NCBI GenBank assembly: GCA_036677005.1
Contig: JAKFBV010000069.1
Location: 3,147-67,146 of the forward strand
From: Pedobacter sp.
Lineage (GTDB): Bacteria > Bacteroidota > Bacteroidia > Sphingobacteriales > Sphingobacteriaceae
DNA length: 64,000 nucleotides
Reading direction: 5' to 3'
This document shows, one piece after another, positions 46,958 through 55,890 of this stretch (position 1 is the first letter of the stretch; every line of letters starts with the position of its first letter). The notes beneath the pieces were generated by a model. It did not search any database. It had not been told where the DNA came from and saw only the letters and a program-made list of their open reading frames with translations. A program made the translations under genes and the position numbers.

Positions 46958-47977
46958 ATGACTAATGTTCTGATTATCTATACCGGTGGAACCATTGGAA
47001 TGATCAATGATCCGCAATCGGGGGTACTCGTACCTTTTGATTTTGAACAGATCACTGATCATGTACCCGAACTGAAGAGGCTTGATTACCAGTTTAAAGT
47101 GCATTCATTCGATCCCCTGATTGATTCTTCCAATATGAGTCCGGAAGTTTATAAGGAGCTGGCAGAACTGATCAAACGCGATTATGAGAAGTACGATGGA
47201 TTTGTAGTTTTGCATGGATCAGATACGATGGCCTATACTGCTTCGGCCCTGAGCTTTATGATAGAGAATCTGGATAAGCCGATTATCTTTACAGGCTCTC
47301 AGTTACCTGTGAACGGGATCCGTACCGATGCCAAGGAAAATCTCATCACAGCTTTGGAAATAGCGGCAGAAAAGCGAAAAGGAAAGGCCATGGTGCCCGA
47401 AGTTTGTATCTACTTCGATTATAAACTATTCAGGGGAAACCGTTCATTCAAATATAATTCAGAAAAATTCGAGGCATTCAGGTCGCCGAATTACCCGATC
47501 CTTGCTGAAGCCGGAGTTTATCTGAAATTTAACCGGAATTATATATTGAAACCCAGTGGAGAACCGGTTAAATTTCACACGAAACTGGATAGCGCCATTG
47601 GTATTCTGAAGTTATATCCCGGCATAAGTCCGGCAATTGTAAAGGCCGCCCTTTTAGCAGAATGTAAGGCTGTGATCATGGAGACTTTCGGATCAGGCAA
47701 TACCTCCACTCAAAAATGGTTCCTGGATCTCTTAAGGGAGGCCATAAAAGGAGGTAAGCTTATCCTGAATATCTCACAGTGCAAGGTTGGAACTGTTGAA
47801 CTGGGGCGATATGAAACGAGTTCAGAACTCCTTGAAATGGGAGTGGTGAGCGGGTATGATATGACCTTTGAAGCGGCAGTAACCAAACTGATGTATCTCC
47901 TGGGCAATATAAAAAGTCATAAAAAGATAGCTGAATATCTTGAAACAGATCTGAGAGGCGAACTTACAGTTTATTAG
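46958..47977 (+). CDS. ansA: type I L-asparaginase
   Basis: IIYTGGTIGM (catalytic Thr) and HGSDTMAYTASAL motifs. Confidence 0.9.
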   Translation: MTNVLIIYTGGTIGMINDPQSGVLVPFDFEQITDHVPELKRLDYQFKVHSFDPLIDSSNMSPEVYKELAELIKRDYEKYDGFVVLHGSDTMAYTASALSFMIENLDKPIIFTGSQLPVNGIRTDAKENLITALEIAAEKRKGKAMVPEVCIYFDYKLFRGNRSFKYNSEKFEAFRSPNYPILAEAGVYLKFNRNYILKPSGEPVKFHTKLDSAIGILKLYPGISPAIVKAALLAECKAVIMETFGSGNTSTQKWFLDLLREAIKGGKLILNISQCKVGTVELGRYETSSELLEMGVVSGYDMTFEAAVTKLMYLLGNIKSHKKIAEYLETDLRGELTVY

Positions 47978-48065
47978 AAACACACAATACTTTTTATAGT
48001 TCTTAATTTTAATTTGAACTAAAGCTCGCGCCGGCGAGGTATAAGCTTTTCAAATACATAGCAAA

Positions 48066-48098
48066 TTAAGGACAATGAGCTAGACTCATTGTCCTTAA
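48066..48098. terminator. perfect 14-bp hairpin between ansA and the AT-rich cassette (possible bidirectional terminator)
   Basis: TTAAGGACAATGAG-CTAGA-CTCATTGTCCTTAA with T-rich flanks. Confidence 0.5.
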
Positions 48099-48102
48099 TC
48101 AT

Positions 48103-48354
48103 TTATTTTCCAAACCAAATTCTATTTCTAAGGTTAGAACCCCAAAATGGAACCATAGCTTTAAAACCTTCCTTAACTGTAAAGCCCAGGCTTCTCATTC
48201 TGAAAATAAGTAGTAAAGGTATATAGACAATTATCCAAAGACTTATTACGAGTTTGAAATATTTGTCTCCATAAATTTCATCCAAATAACCAATTAGAAT
48301 ACCAACAAGAAATGAGGGTATTATTAATAATATTAAAAATTTTATACGATTCAT
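48103..48354 (-). CDS. hypothetical 83-aa 2-TM protein (cassette gene 2)
   Basis: Start at MNRIKFL, 10 nt after the upstream stop. Two TM helices and a basic amphipathic tail. Confidence 0.6.
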   Translation of the reverse strand: MNRIKFLILLIIPSFLVGILIGYLDEIYGDKYFKLVISLWIIVYIPLLLIFRMRSLGFTVKEGFKAMVPFWGSNLRNRIWFGK

Positions 48355-48364
48355 AGCTGTGAAT

Positions 48365-49081
48365 TTATATTTGTAATTGATAATATGCTGTACCTGCACA
48401 AAGAACAGTTATAGCAGCAGCGCAATATCCCCCCCAAGCCATACAAAATAAGCCTGAAGCAGCGCCACTAAATGTACCATCTGTAAAATGCATGCCAACT
48501 TTTGTTACACATGCAACCCATCTTGAACCAAAATTTCCTGGTTTCATCTGAATTTGCTCATGTATAACAGCGGCAGTTAAAATGCCATTAACCACCGTAA
48601 AACGAGCTAATTCACTACCTTCCGAATCTAAATATTTTGTAACAAGTGCATCATTCTCGCTTGTTAACGTGGCGTAGAAATTTTCACCATTAATAACACT
48701 CCCATTTTCAACCAGATTCATGTATTGATACTGTGTACCCTCATAAATTCCTAAATTTACAACAATTGTACTTAAAGGATTGTTTTCATAAGTAATGATG
48801 ACAGGAGGCTCACCTTCTCCATCAATAGGCACTGGATTCAAGACCATTTGTTTTTCTATTTTAAGTTTCCTTTCAAATGGACTCTTCATTAAACCTAAAG
48901 ATATAGATTCTAGAAGTTTTTTATCCGTAACTTTTTCAACTGATTTGACTTTTGGTGCAACAAATTCAATCATGGCTTTGGAATTGGTTAGCTGCACTGG
49001 TTGATCCTTGCATGAAAATAATGTAAGACTAAATAGGCTTAAATAGCTTAATTTAAGCAGCTGTGAATTTTTGTTTTTCAT
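48365..49081 (-). CDS. hypothetical lipoprotein with a Gly/Ala/Cys-rich hydrophobic C-terminus (cassette gene 1)
   Basis: Lipobox LTLFSC and C-terminal FSGAASGLFCMAWGGYCAAAITVLCAGTAYY. Confidence 0.7.
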   Translation of the reverse strand: MKNKNSQLLKLSYLSLFSLTLFSCKDQPVQLTNSKAMIEFVAPKVKSVEKVTDKKLLESISLGLMKSPFERKLKIEKQMVLNPVPIDGEGEPPVIITYENNPLSTIVVNLGIYEGTQYQYMNLVENGSVINGENFYATLTSENDALVTKYLDSEGSELARFTVVNGILTAAVIHEQIQMKPGNFGSRWVACVTKVGMHFTDGTFSGAASGLFCMAWGGYCAAAITVLCAGTAYYQLQI

Positions 49082-49431
49082 ATAATTGGTTTTTAGTTAT
49101 ATTTCTTATACGTTTTTTGTAAAAAAAACGTTACGATTGTTTTATCAATCGTTTGATAGGTTGGCTTTGGAGTAAATAAGCCGATATTAGACTTGAGTAA
49201 ACTTCAATCCCAAACCCTGCTTGCCCGAGCGTGTAGTGGCTGTTGCACAACTCACATCTGTAGCTCCTGCCTTTGCTCTAAACGACTTTGAACACCTAGT
49301 ATTCCTACCCCGCTGCTATAATCAGCAAATTATTTTAGAAGTATTTTACAGGGGAAATACATTCATTATTTTTCCTTTGGATAAATAAATGCAAAATTTT
49401 TAATAGGTTTATTTACCAATCCCTTAAGTGT

Positions 49432-51087
49432 ATGCAAACGCCAGATTATATTGTATTTTTTATCTATTTCCTCATTGTAAGTACCTATGGATGGTATGTT
49501 TACAGGCGTAAGAAGCACGAAAATTCAAAAGATTATTTCCTGGCAAAGGATTCATTAACCTGGTGGGCTATCGGAGCCTCATTGATCGCTTCCAATATTT
49601 CTGCAGAGCAGTTTATCGGAATGAGCGGTTCGGGCTTTACCATGGGACTTGCCATAGCAGCTTATGAATGGCTTGCTGCTGTTACCTTATTGATCGTGGC
49701 TGTATTTTTCATTCCAATTTATCTCAAGAATAAGATCTATACCATGCCTCAGTTTCTTAAAACGAGGTATAATGAAACGGTAGCCATGATCATGGCTGTT
49801 TTCTGGCTTTTATTGTATGTTGTTGTTAACCTGACCTCTATACTCTTTCTTGGAGCCTTGGCAATCAGCAGTATTTCGGGACTGGATTTCGGACTTTGTA
49901 TGATTGCATTGGCTGTATTTGCCGTTATAATCACCCTTGGGGGGATGAATGTGATCGGCTATACCGATGTGATCCAGGTGGTGTTCCTTGTTCTGGGCGG
50001 ACTGGTAACCACTTACCTGGCACTGGATATGGTGGCCCAGCATTACGGATCAGCAGGAGCGATCAATGGTTTCAACCTGATGACAGAGAATTCTGCCGAT
50101 CATTTTAAAATGATATTTAAAAAGGATGACCCTTATTTCATGGACCTGCCCGGACTTGCCGTGCTGGTCGGAGGTATGTGGATAGTCAACCTGAATTACT
50201 GGGGATGTAATCAGTACATCACCCAGAGAGCCCTGGGTGCAGATCTGCATACTGCCCGCAGCGGAATCCTCTTTGCGGCTTTCATTAAATTATTGATGCC
50301 GCTTATTGTTGTTCTGCCGGGAATAGCTGCATTTGTATTGTATAAAGAGGGGGTTTTCAGTACGGAAATGACACTGAATGGTGAAGTGGTCGGCGACCGC
50401 GCCTATCCGGTCCTGCTGAACCTTTTGCCTGTGGGTTTAAAAGGCTTATCATTCGCCGCCCTGACTGCTGCGGTAGTGGCATCCCTTGCCGGGAAGGCAA
50501 ACAGTATTGCCACTATTTTCACCCTTGACATTTATAAGAAGAAAATAAACCCGGCTGCGGGTGAGCACAAACAGGTGCAGGTTGGGCGATGGGTTATTGT
50601 AATATCCATGATCATGGCCGTGGCCATTGCACCTTATCTGGGCATTGATAAAAAAGGAGGGTTTCAGTATATTCAGGAATATACAGGTTTCGTTTCACCG
50701 GGAATATTTGCTATGTTCCTGCTTGGATTTTTCTGGAAAAAGACCACTTCAAATGCAGCCTTATTTGCTACGATCGGCGGCTTCATTTTATCCGTTTTAT
50801 TCAAGGCCTCACCCAATTATGTGGATCTCGAATTCCTTTATTCTTTTGGTTTTGCCGTACCGAATGCAGAAGGAGTTTACGAAATCCCATTTATCGACCG
50901 TATGGGATTTGTATTTCTGATCTGTGTGTTCGTCATGTTCCTGATCAGTATGTATGAGAACCGTAATGGAGTTATCCCCAATGGGCTGGAAGTGGATAAG
51001 AGCATGTTCCGGACTTCCGCATCCTTTGCGGTTGGAGCATTGATCGTTCTGGGGATAATTGTGGCACTATATAGTATATACTGGTAG
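49432..51087 (+). CDS. sodium:solute symporter (SSS/SGLT family)
   Basis: About 13 TM helices with an SGLT-like N-terminal region (FLAKDSLTWWAIGASLIASNISAEQFIGMSG). Confidence 0.9.
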   Translation: MQTPDYIVFFIYFLIVSTYGWYVYRRKKHENSKDYFLAKDSLTWWAIGASLIASNISAEQFIGMSGSGFTMGLAIAAYEWLAAVTLLIVAVFFIPIYLKNKIYTMPQFLKTRYNETVAMIMAVFWLLLYVVVNLTSILFLGALAISSISGLDFGLCMIALAVFAVIITLGGMNVIGYTDVIQVVFLVLGGLVTTYLALDMVAQHYGSAGAINGFNLMTENSADHFKMIFKKDDPYFMDLPGLAVLVGGMWIVNLNYWGCNQYITQRALGADLHTARSGILFAAFIKLLMPLIVVLPGIAAFVLYKEGVFSTEMTLNGEVVGDRAYPVLLNLLPVGLKGLSFAALTAAVVASLAGKANSIATIFTLDIYKKKINPAAGEHKQVQVGRWVIVISMIMAVAIAPYLGIDKKGGFQYIQEYTGFVSPGIFAMFLLGFFWKKTTSNAALFATIGGFILSVLFKASPNYVDLEFLYSFGFAVPNAEGVYEIPFIDRMGFVFLICVFVMFLISMYENRNGVIPNGLEVDKSMFRTSASFAVGALIVLGIIVALYSIYW

Positions 51088-51125
51088 ATGATTATGGGTC
51101 ATCTTTATTTTCAATAAATTTCCTG

Positions 51126-52100
51126 ATGAGGCTTGATACGATTGAAGAGGTAAAAAAATATCTTATTGAACAAGGCATTGTCCATGAAGATTCAGAACCC
51201 ATTGTAGAACATCTTTCCGGCGGGGTATCATGCAGGGTATGGAAAATCAGCGTGGATCAGGATCGCTGGGTCATCAAACAGGCGCTTGAGAAACTTAATG
51301 TTAAAGCAGACTGGTTTTCTGATGTTGAGCGCATTCATCGTGAACATGAGGTGATGAAACAATTGGAACTGATCCTTCCTGATTGTCATGTACCGAAGGT
51401 ATTGCATGTTGATTATGTTAATCACATCTACCTGATGACCTGCGCCGAAGAAGGAGTTCAGACCTGGAAAGATCTGTTGATGCAGGGTATATTCAATGCG
51501 GATACAGCCAAAAGTGCCGCAGATATTCTTACCCGGATCCACAGCCAGAGCTTTAAAATTGATGAAAAGATAAAGGCGGGCTTTAGTGATCAGAAATATT
51601 TTATTCAGCTGCGCATTGATCCCTTCCACCGCTTTTTAATTCAAAAATATCCGGAGCTTTCGGCTGAGATCAATGGTTTGATAGAAGAACTGACCGGACA
51701 AAAGATCTGCCTGGTTCATGGGGATTTTTCTCCAAAGAACATGCTCGTTGAAAAGAGCGGGAGTATCGTTTTAATTGATTATGAGGTGGCGCATTGGGGA
51801 AATCCTGTTTTTGACCTGGCTTATTGTTTGGGTCATCTGATGTTAAAAGCCTGGCATCTGAAAAAACCGGATGAGATGCTTGAGCTGATCGGCGTGTTCC
51901 TTGCCAATTATAAAGGACAGGTCAATAATCTTTTGCCGCACCTGGGCTTGATGCTTCTGGCCCGGGTGGATGGGAAATCGCCGGTGAATTACATTGAGGA
52001 TGAAAATTTAAAACAAATTATCAGGGATACAGCCATTAACTGGATCAAAGGGAAGAACCTGGGTTTGAATGTTTTTGAGGCCATCAAAAAGCAATTTTAA
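51126..52100 (+). CDS. APH-fold kinase, methylthioribose-kinase (MtnK)-like
   Basis: VIKQAL.KL.V...W, HGDFSPKNMLV and IDYEVAHWGNPVFDLAY parallel the MtnK/APH catalytic motifs (comparison from memory). Confidence 0.8.
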   Translation: MRLDTIEEVKKYLIEQGIVHEDSEPIVEHLSGGVSCRVWKISVDQDRWVIKQALEKLNVKADWFSDVERIHREHEVMKQLELILPDCHVPKVLHVDYVNHIYLMTCAEEGVQTWKDLLMQGIFNADTAKSAADILTRIHSQSFKIDEKIKAGFSDQKYFIQLRIDPFHRFLIQKYPELSAEINGLIEELTGQKICLVHGDFSPKNMLVEKSGSIVLIDYEVAHWGNPVFDLAYCLGHLMLKAWHLKKPDEMLELIGVFLANYKGQVNNLLPHLGLMLLARVDGKSPVNYIEDENLKQIIRDTAINWIKGKNLGLNVFEAIKKQF

Positions 52101-52179
52101 GTTCAGATCTTTTAATATTTTTAATCACACAAATACTCCGTTTACCATTCGGGATCATCTCCCTCAATATTAAAATAAC

Positions 52180-53481
52180 ATGTCAAAAATAAGAGATATA
52201 AAAGCAAGGGAAATTTTCGATTCACGCGGTAATCCTACCGTTGAGGTTGATGTATTTCTGGAATCGGGTGTTATGGGAAGAATGATGGTGCCTTCAGGGG
52301 CATCTACCGGGCAGTTTGAAGCATTGGAGTTACGTGATGGCGGAAATCGTCACAGAGGTAAAGGAGTGAGGAAAGCTGTTGCGAATGTTAACTCGGATAT
52401 CAGAAATGTTTTGATCGGTCAGGATATCGGGGATCAGGATCGGCTGGATAATCTGATGATCGAACTGGATGGCACTCCCGAAAAATCCAGGCTGGGTGCG
52501 AATGCCATACTCGGCGCTTCATTCGCCTGTATTCATGCCGCTGCCAATGAAGCAGCTGAACCTTTATTCAGATATCTGGCTAAGAAATATCTTCCTGCCG
52601 GAGATGAGGTTTCGATGCCTGTACCCATGGTAAATATCATCAGCGGTGGATTGCATGCGGGAAAGAATATTGATCTGCAGGATTTTCTGATCATACCCGT
52701 ATCGCCCAAAAACTATCCGGATGCACTCGAAATGATCTATAATGTGTACTGGAAAACACGCGAATTACTCATAAAAAAAGGATATAACGCCTATCTGCTT
52801 GCTGATGAGGGGGGGTTCGGACCTGCTTTACCTTCGAATGAGGCAGCTCTTGAGGTTTTGGGAGAAGTATTTCATGCATGCGGTTACAAACCGCGTACTG
52901 ATATTGCAATCGCACTTGATGTCGCCTCCTCCCATTTCTATGATGAAGCTAAAGGAGTATATCACCTGCATTCAGAAGAGCGTTCGCTTAACTCTGAACA
53001 GATGATCGGTATGCTCGAAAAGTGGTGCAGGGAATATCCGGTGATCTCAATTGAGGATGGTCTTGCAGAAAATGATTGGGAGGGATGGCAGATTTTGACA
53101 GAAAGGCTTGGTAAACATATTCAGCTGATCGGCGATGATCTCTTTACAACGAATAAGCTGCGATTACAGAAAGGGTTTGATATGAAGGCCGGAAACTCAA
53201 TCCTTGTGAAAATGAATCAGATCGGGACACTGACCGAGACTGTTAACACACTCCGGATGGCAAAGAATGGAGGCTTCAGCACGGTGGTTTCTGCCCGTTC
53301 GGGTGAAACGGAAGATGCTACCCTGGCAGACCTCGCTGTAGGGTTGAACGGCGGACAGATCAAAATCGGCTCGGTGGCCGGATCTTCAAGACTTGCCAAA
53401 TACAATCAGTTGCTCAGGATCAATGAGGAGATCGGCCAGAATTATGCGGGGAGCGCTACTTTCAGTTCATTTGGTATATAA
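52180..53481 (+). CDS. enolase-family protein, divergent paralog (QEF to QDF and SHRSGETED to SARSGETED)
   Basis: Full-length enolase fold with SGASTG, DEGGF, SIEDG, GDDL, KMNQIGT and GQIKIG conserved, but two catalytic-site residues replaced. Confidence 0.88.
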   Translation: MSKIRDIKAREIFDSRGNPTVEVDVFLESGVMGRMMVPSGASTGQFEALELRDGGNRHRGKGVRKAVANVNSDIRNVLIGQDIGDQDRLDNLMIELDGTPEKSRLGANAILGASFACIHAAANEAAEPLFRYLAKKYLPAGDEVSMPVPMVNIISGGLHAGKNIDLQDFLIIPVSPKNYPDALEMIYNVYWKTRELLIKKGYNAYLLADEGGFGPALPSNEAALEVLGEVFHACGYKPRTDIAIALDVASSHFYDEAKGVYHLHSEERSLNSEQMIGMLEKWCREYPVISIEDGLAENDWEGWQILTERLGKHIQLIGDDLFTTNKLRLQKGFDMKAGNSILVKMNQIGTLTETVNTLRMAKNGGFSTVVSARSGETEDATLADLAVGLNGGQIKIGSVAGSSRLAKYNQLLRINEEIGQNYAGSATFSSFGI

Positions 53482-53489
53482 TCACAAAT

Positions 53490-54440
53490 ATGGAACGTAG
53501 AAAATTCATTACTCTGGGAGCAACAGCCGCTATTGCTGGCATTGCATTACCTGGTATTGCAGTGGGTGGTACAGCAGAAGTCCGGAAGAAAGAGAAAAGG
53601 TACCAGAAAGGCCGGAGTCCCTGGCCGGTGTGCCTGGATACTGCCACCATCAGGCCGGCTTCCTTAATAGAAAAGGTCAGGATCGCAGCTAATGCCGGTT
53701 ATGATGCAATCGAACCATGGGATGGGGAATTGCAAAAGTTCGAAGCAGAGGGTGGTAATCTGAAAGACCTGGGTAAAGAAATAAAAGATAAGGGTTTGTT
53801 TGTCCCCAGCGTGATCGGGCTTTGGAATGCGATACCCCCTACCCGGGAATTATGGGAAAAATCACTCGCAGATACACGTAACCGGATGCGTATGGCTTCA
53901 GATATTGGTGCTCAGCATATACAAACAATCCCGAATACTATCGGAGAAAATTATAATCAAAAGTGGGCCGCAGATCGCTACAGGGACATTATTGAAATGG
54001 GCATCAATGAGTATAAATTGAACCCGGCACTGGTTTTTGTAAAATATTTTCCCATTAAAACGATGGGGCAGGCCGCGGGTATTGCCCTGGATGCCAGCCA
54101 TCCCAAAGCAAAGATCATTCCTGATGTTTACCACATGTATATCAGTGAAGGAGGCTTTGAAGGAATTAAATTGCTTAGAGGTGAGATGATCGCTATTTTT
54201 CAGTTTAATGACGCTCCTGCTTCACCGCCATTAGCACAGCTTAAGGATGAGCACAGGGTGTATCCCGGTGATGGTATTTTGCCTCTGACTCAAATCTTCA
54301 AAGATCTGAAGGGAACCGGGTATAAGGGCTGTATCTCACTTGAGATGTATAATCCGGTCTATTGGAAGGAAGATCTGATGATGGTGGCAGAAACCGGACT
54401 CAGAAAAACATTGGAAGTTCTTCAAAAGGCTGATGTATAG
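53490..54440 (+). CDS. TAT-exported xylose-isomerase-like TIM-barrel protein (sugar phosphate isomerase/epimerase family)
   Basis: Twin-arginine signal MERRKFITLGATAAIAG followed by an AP_endonuc_2-like barrel. Confidence 0.85.
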   Translation: MERRKFITLGATAAIAGIALPGIAVGGTAEVRKKEKRYQKGRSPWPVCLDTATIRPASLIEKVRIAANAGYDAIEPWDGELQKFEAEGGNLKDLGKEIKDKGLFVPSVIGLWNAIPPTRELWEKSLADTRNRMRMASDIGAQHIQTIPNTIGENYNQKWAADRYRDIIEMGINEYKLNPALVFVKYFPIKTMGQAAGIALDASHPKAKIIPDVYHMYISEGGFEGIKLLRGEMIAIFQFNDAPASPPLAQLKDEHRVYPGDGILPLTQIFKDLKGTGYKGCISLEMYNPVYWKEDLMMVAETGLRKTLEVLQKADV

Positions 54441-54490
54441 GTTGGTACTTGTTTAAGCAACAATATAGAAGGTGACCGATTAATAAAAAG

Positions 54491-54521
54491 GGTCAGGATG
54501 TAGATATATTCTGACCTTTTT
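54491..54521 (+). terminator. intrinsic terminator ending the plus-strand operon
   Basis: GGTCAG-N14-CTGACC followed by TTTTT. Confidence 0.7.
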
Positions 54522-54620
54522 ATTTACGGGTTTTGACTATTAAAAACTCAAAGGAAATTAAAAATAGGAATTTTGGCGTTTTAACACGCTGTCCGCTGTA
54601 TCTTTTTGGCCTCAAAAAGC

Positions 54621-54648
54621 CAAAAAGCCTGCCTGACGGTAGGCAGGG
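54621..54648 (-). terminator. intrinsic terminator ending the minus-strand operon
   Basis: On the minus strand, CCTGCCT-ACCGTC-AGGCAGG is followed by CTTTTTG. Confidence 0.7.
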
Positions 54649-54735
54649 ATGCCGCTGCCATCGTTAACGCAGCCGGTACACTAAATATCTGCCTGTGCAA
54701 GATATAGCTGGAAAATCATAATCGAACTCAGTTTA

Positions 54736-55290
54736 TTAATCAACGTACGCAATACAATCAATTTGTAAAAGAATACCGTCTCTGCCCATTAAATCGGTCC
54801 CGCATCCGGTATAAGAACGTACCGGAGCCGGGTCAGGGAAATACCCTCTGTAAGCTTCATTCAGGGCAGCAATGTTTTTATTGGGTTCAGCTACAGTCAT
54901 GTGTACTTTAAGAACATTGGCCATTGATGATCCGGCTCCTTCGAGCACCTCTTTCATGGTATCCAGTGCGCTTCGGATCTGCACCTGAATATCTCCGGGT
55001 TCTTTGCGTCTTTCAGCATACCAGCCTCCGATACCCGAAAGGAATAAGAGATGTCCGGAGCGGATACACCCGGATAAAACCCCTCCCGGTCTTGGCGCTC
55101 CGCCTGCTGCAGGGGCAGCCACGGTAGGATTTGTATTGCCTCCGCTATTACTTCGGCGGATAACCTCCTTTTTTGGCGTCCACTGTCCCTTTTGCTTTTT
55201 GTTTTGGGCATTGGCTTCAGCTGGAATTGCTGCTGCTGCTCCTGCAAGTGGTAGGAGACTCAGACTTTTTAGAACCTTTCTGCGATCCAT
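54736..55290 (-). CDS. RidA/YjgF-family protein with a twin-arginine signal peptide
   Basis: MDRRKVLKSLSLLPLAGAAAA (TAT signal), then a RidA core (SGHLLFLSGIGG...PVRSY...IDCIAYV). Confidence 0.88.
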   Translation of the reverse strand: MDRRKVLKSLSLLPLAGAAAAIPAEANAQNKKQKGQWTPKKEVIRRSNSGGNTNPTVAAPAAGGAPRPGGVLSGCIRSGHLLFLSGIGGWYAERRKEPGDIQVQIRSALDTMKEVLEGAGSSMANVLKVHMTVAEPNKNIAALNEAYRGYFPDPAPVRSYTGCGTDLMGRDGILLQIDCIAYVD

Positions 55291-55324
55291 AAGATTGTTT
55301 TATTAAAATTAAAAATGAGTATAA

Positions 55325-55822
55325 TTAATCAACATAGGCGATACAGCTCACCTGACACAGAATACCATCCCTGCCCATCTGGCTGGTTTTAGATCCGCTG
55401 TATGAACGTACAGGTGGATTTTCAGGGAAAAATTCAGCATACGCTTCATTGAGCTTCGCCATATTCTTGTTTGGCTCCGCTACTGTCATCTGTATCTTCA
55501 GCACATTGGCCATAGATGATCCGGCACCTTCCAGAATTCCCTTCATGGTAGTCAGAACACTACGGATCTGAACCTGGATATCTCCCGGCTCAGCCCTCTG
55601 GTTGGCATACCAGCCGCCAATACCCCCAATGAACAATAAATGACCTGAACGAAGGCAGGAGCCTGCCGGTGTTTTGATCAGTTCTTTCTTTGGAAGCCAT
55701 TCTTCTGCAGCACCGGATGCCGGCTCTGAATCAGCTCCTGCATGATGCTTCGCAATAGCGGCAGTTGCAATTCCTGCCAGCGGAATGATGCTCAAGCCCC
55801 TTAGTATTTCTCTGCGTTTCAT
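55325..55822 (-). CDS. RidA/YjgF-family protein with a twin-arginine signal peptide (tandem paralog)
   Basis: MKRREILRGLSIIPLAG, then the same RidA core (SGHLLFIGGIGG...PVRSY...VSCIAYV). Confidence 0.88.
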   Translation of the reverse strand: MKRREILRGLSIIPLAGIATAAIAKHHAGADSEPASGAAEEWLPKKELIKTPAGSCLRSGHLLFIGGIGGWYANQRAEPGDIQVQIRSVLTTMKGILEGAGSSMANVLKIQMTVAEPNKNMAKLNEAYAEFFPENPPVRSYSGSKTSQMGRDGILCQVSCIAYVD

Positions 55823-55890
55823 TGATTTTATTTGTCTTTTACTAGGTCTAAATATAAATAAAAATGAAAGAAATAATTATCAGAACCCAA

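Noticed and set aside
49203-49212. T-loop-like TTCAATCCC in the 350-nt gap right of the AT-rich cassette (possible tRNA fragment or att site)
   Set aside because: There is no complementary T-stem or acceptor sequence around it, and no matching repeat on the other side of the cassette. It is too short to be meaningful.
52180-53481. Labelling this gene simply as housekeeping eno
   Set aside because: Two catalytic-pocket residues differ from the canonical motifs, and the gene sits in a transporter-kinase operon. Without seeing the rest of the genome I cannot tell whether a canonical enolase exists, so I left the symbol empty.
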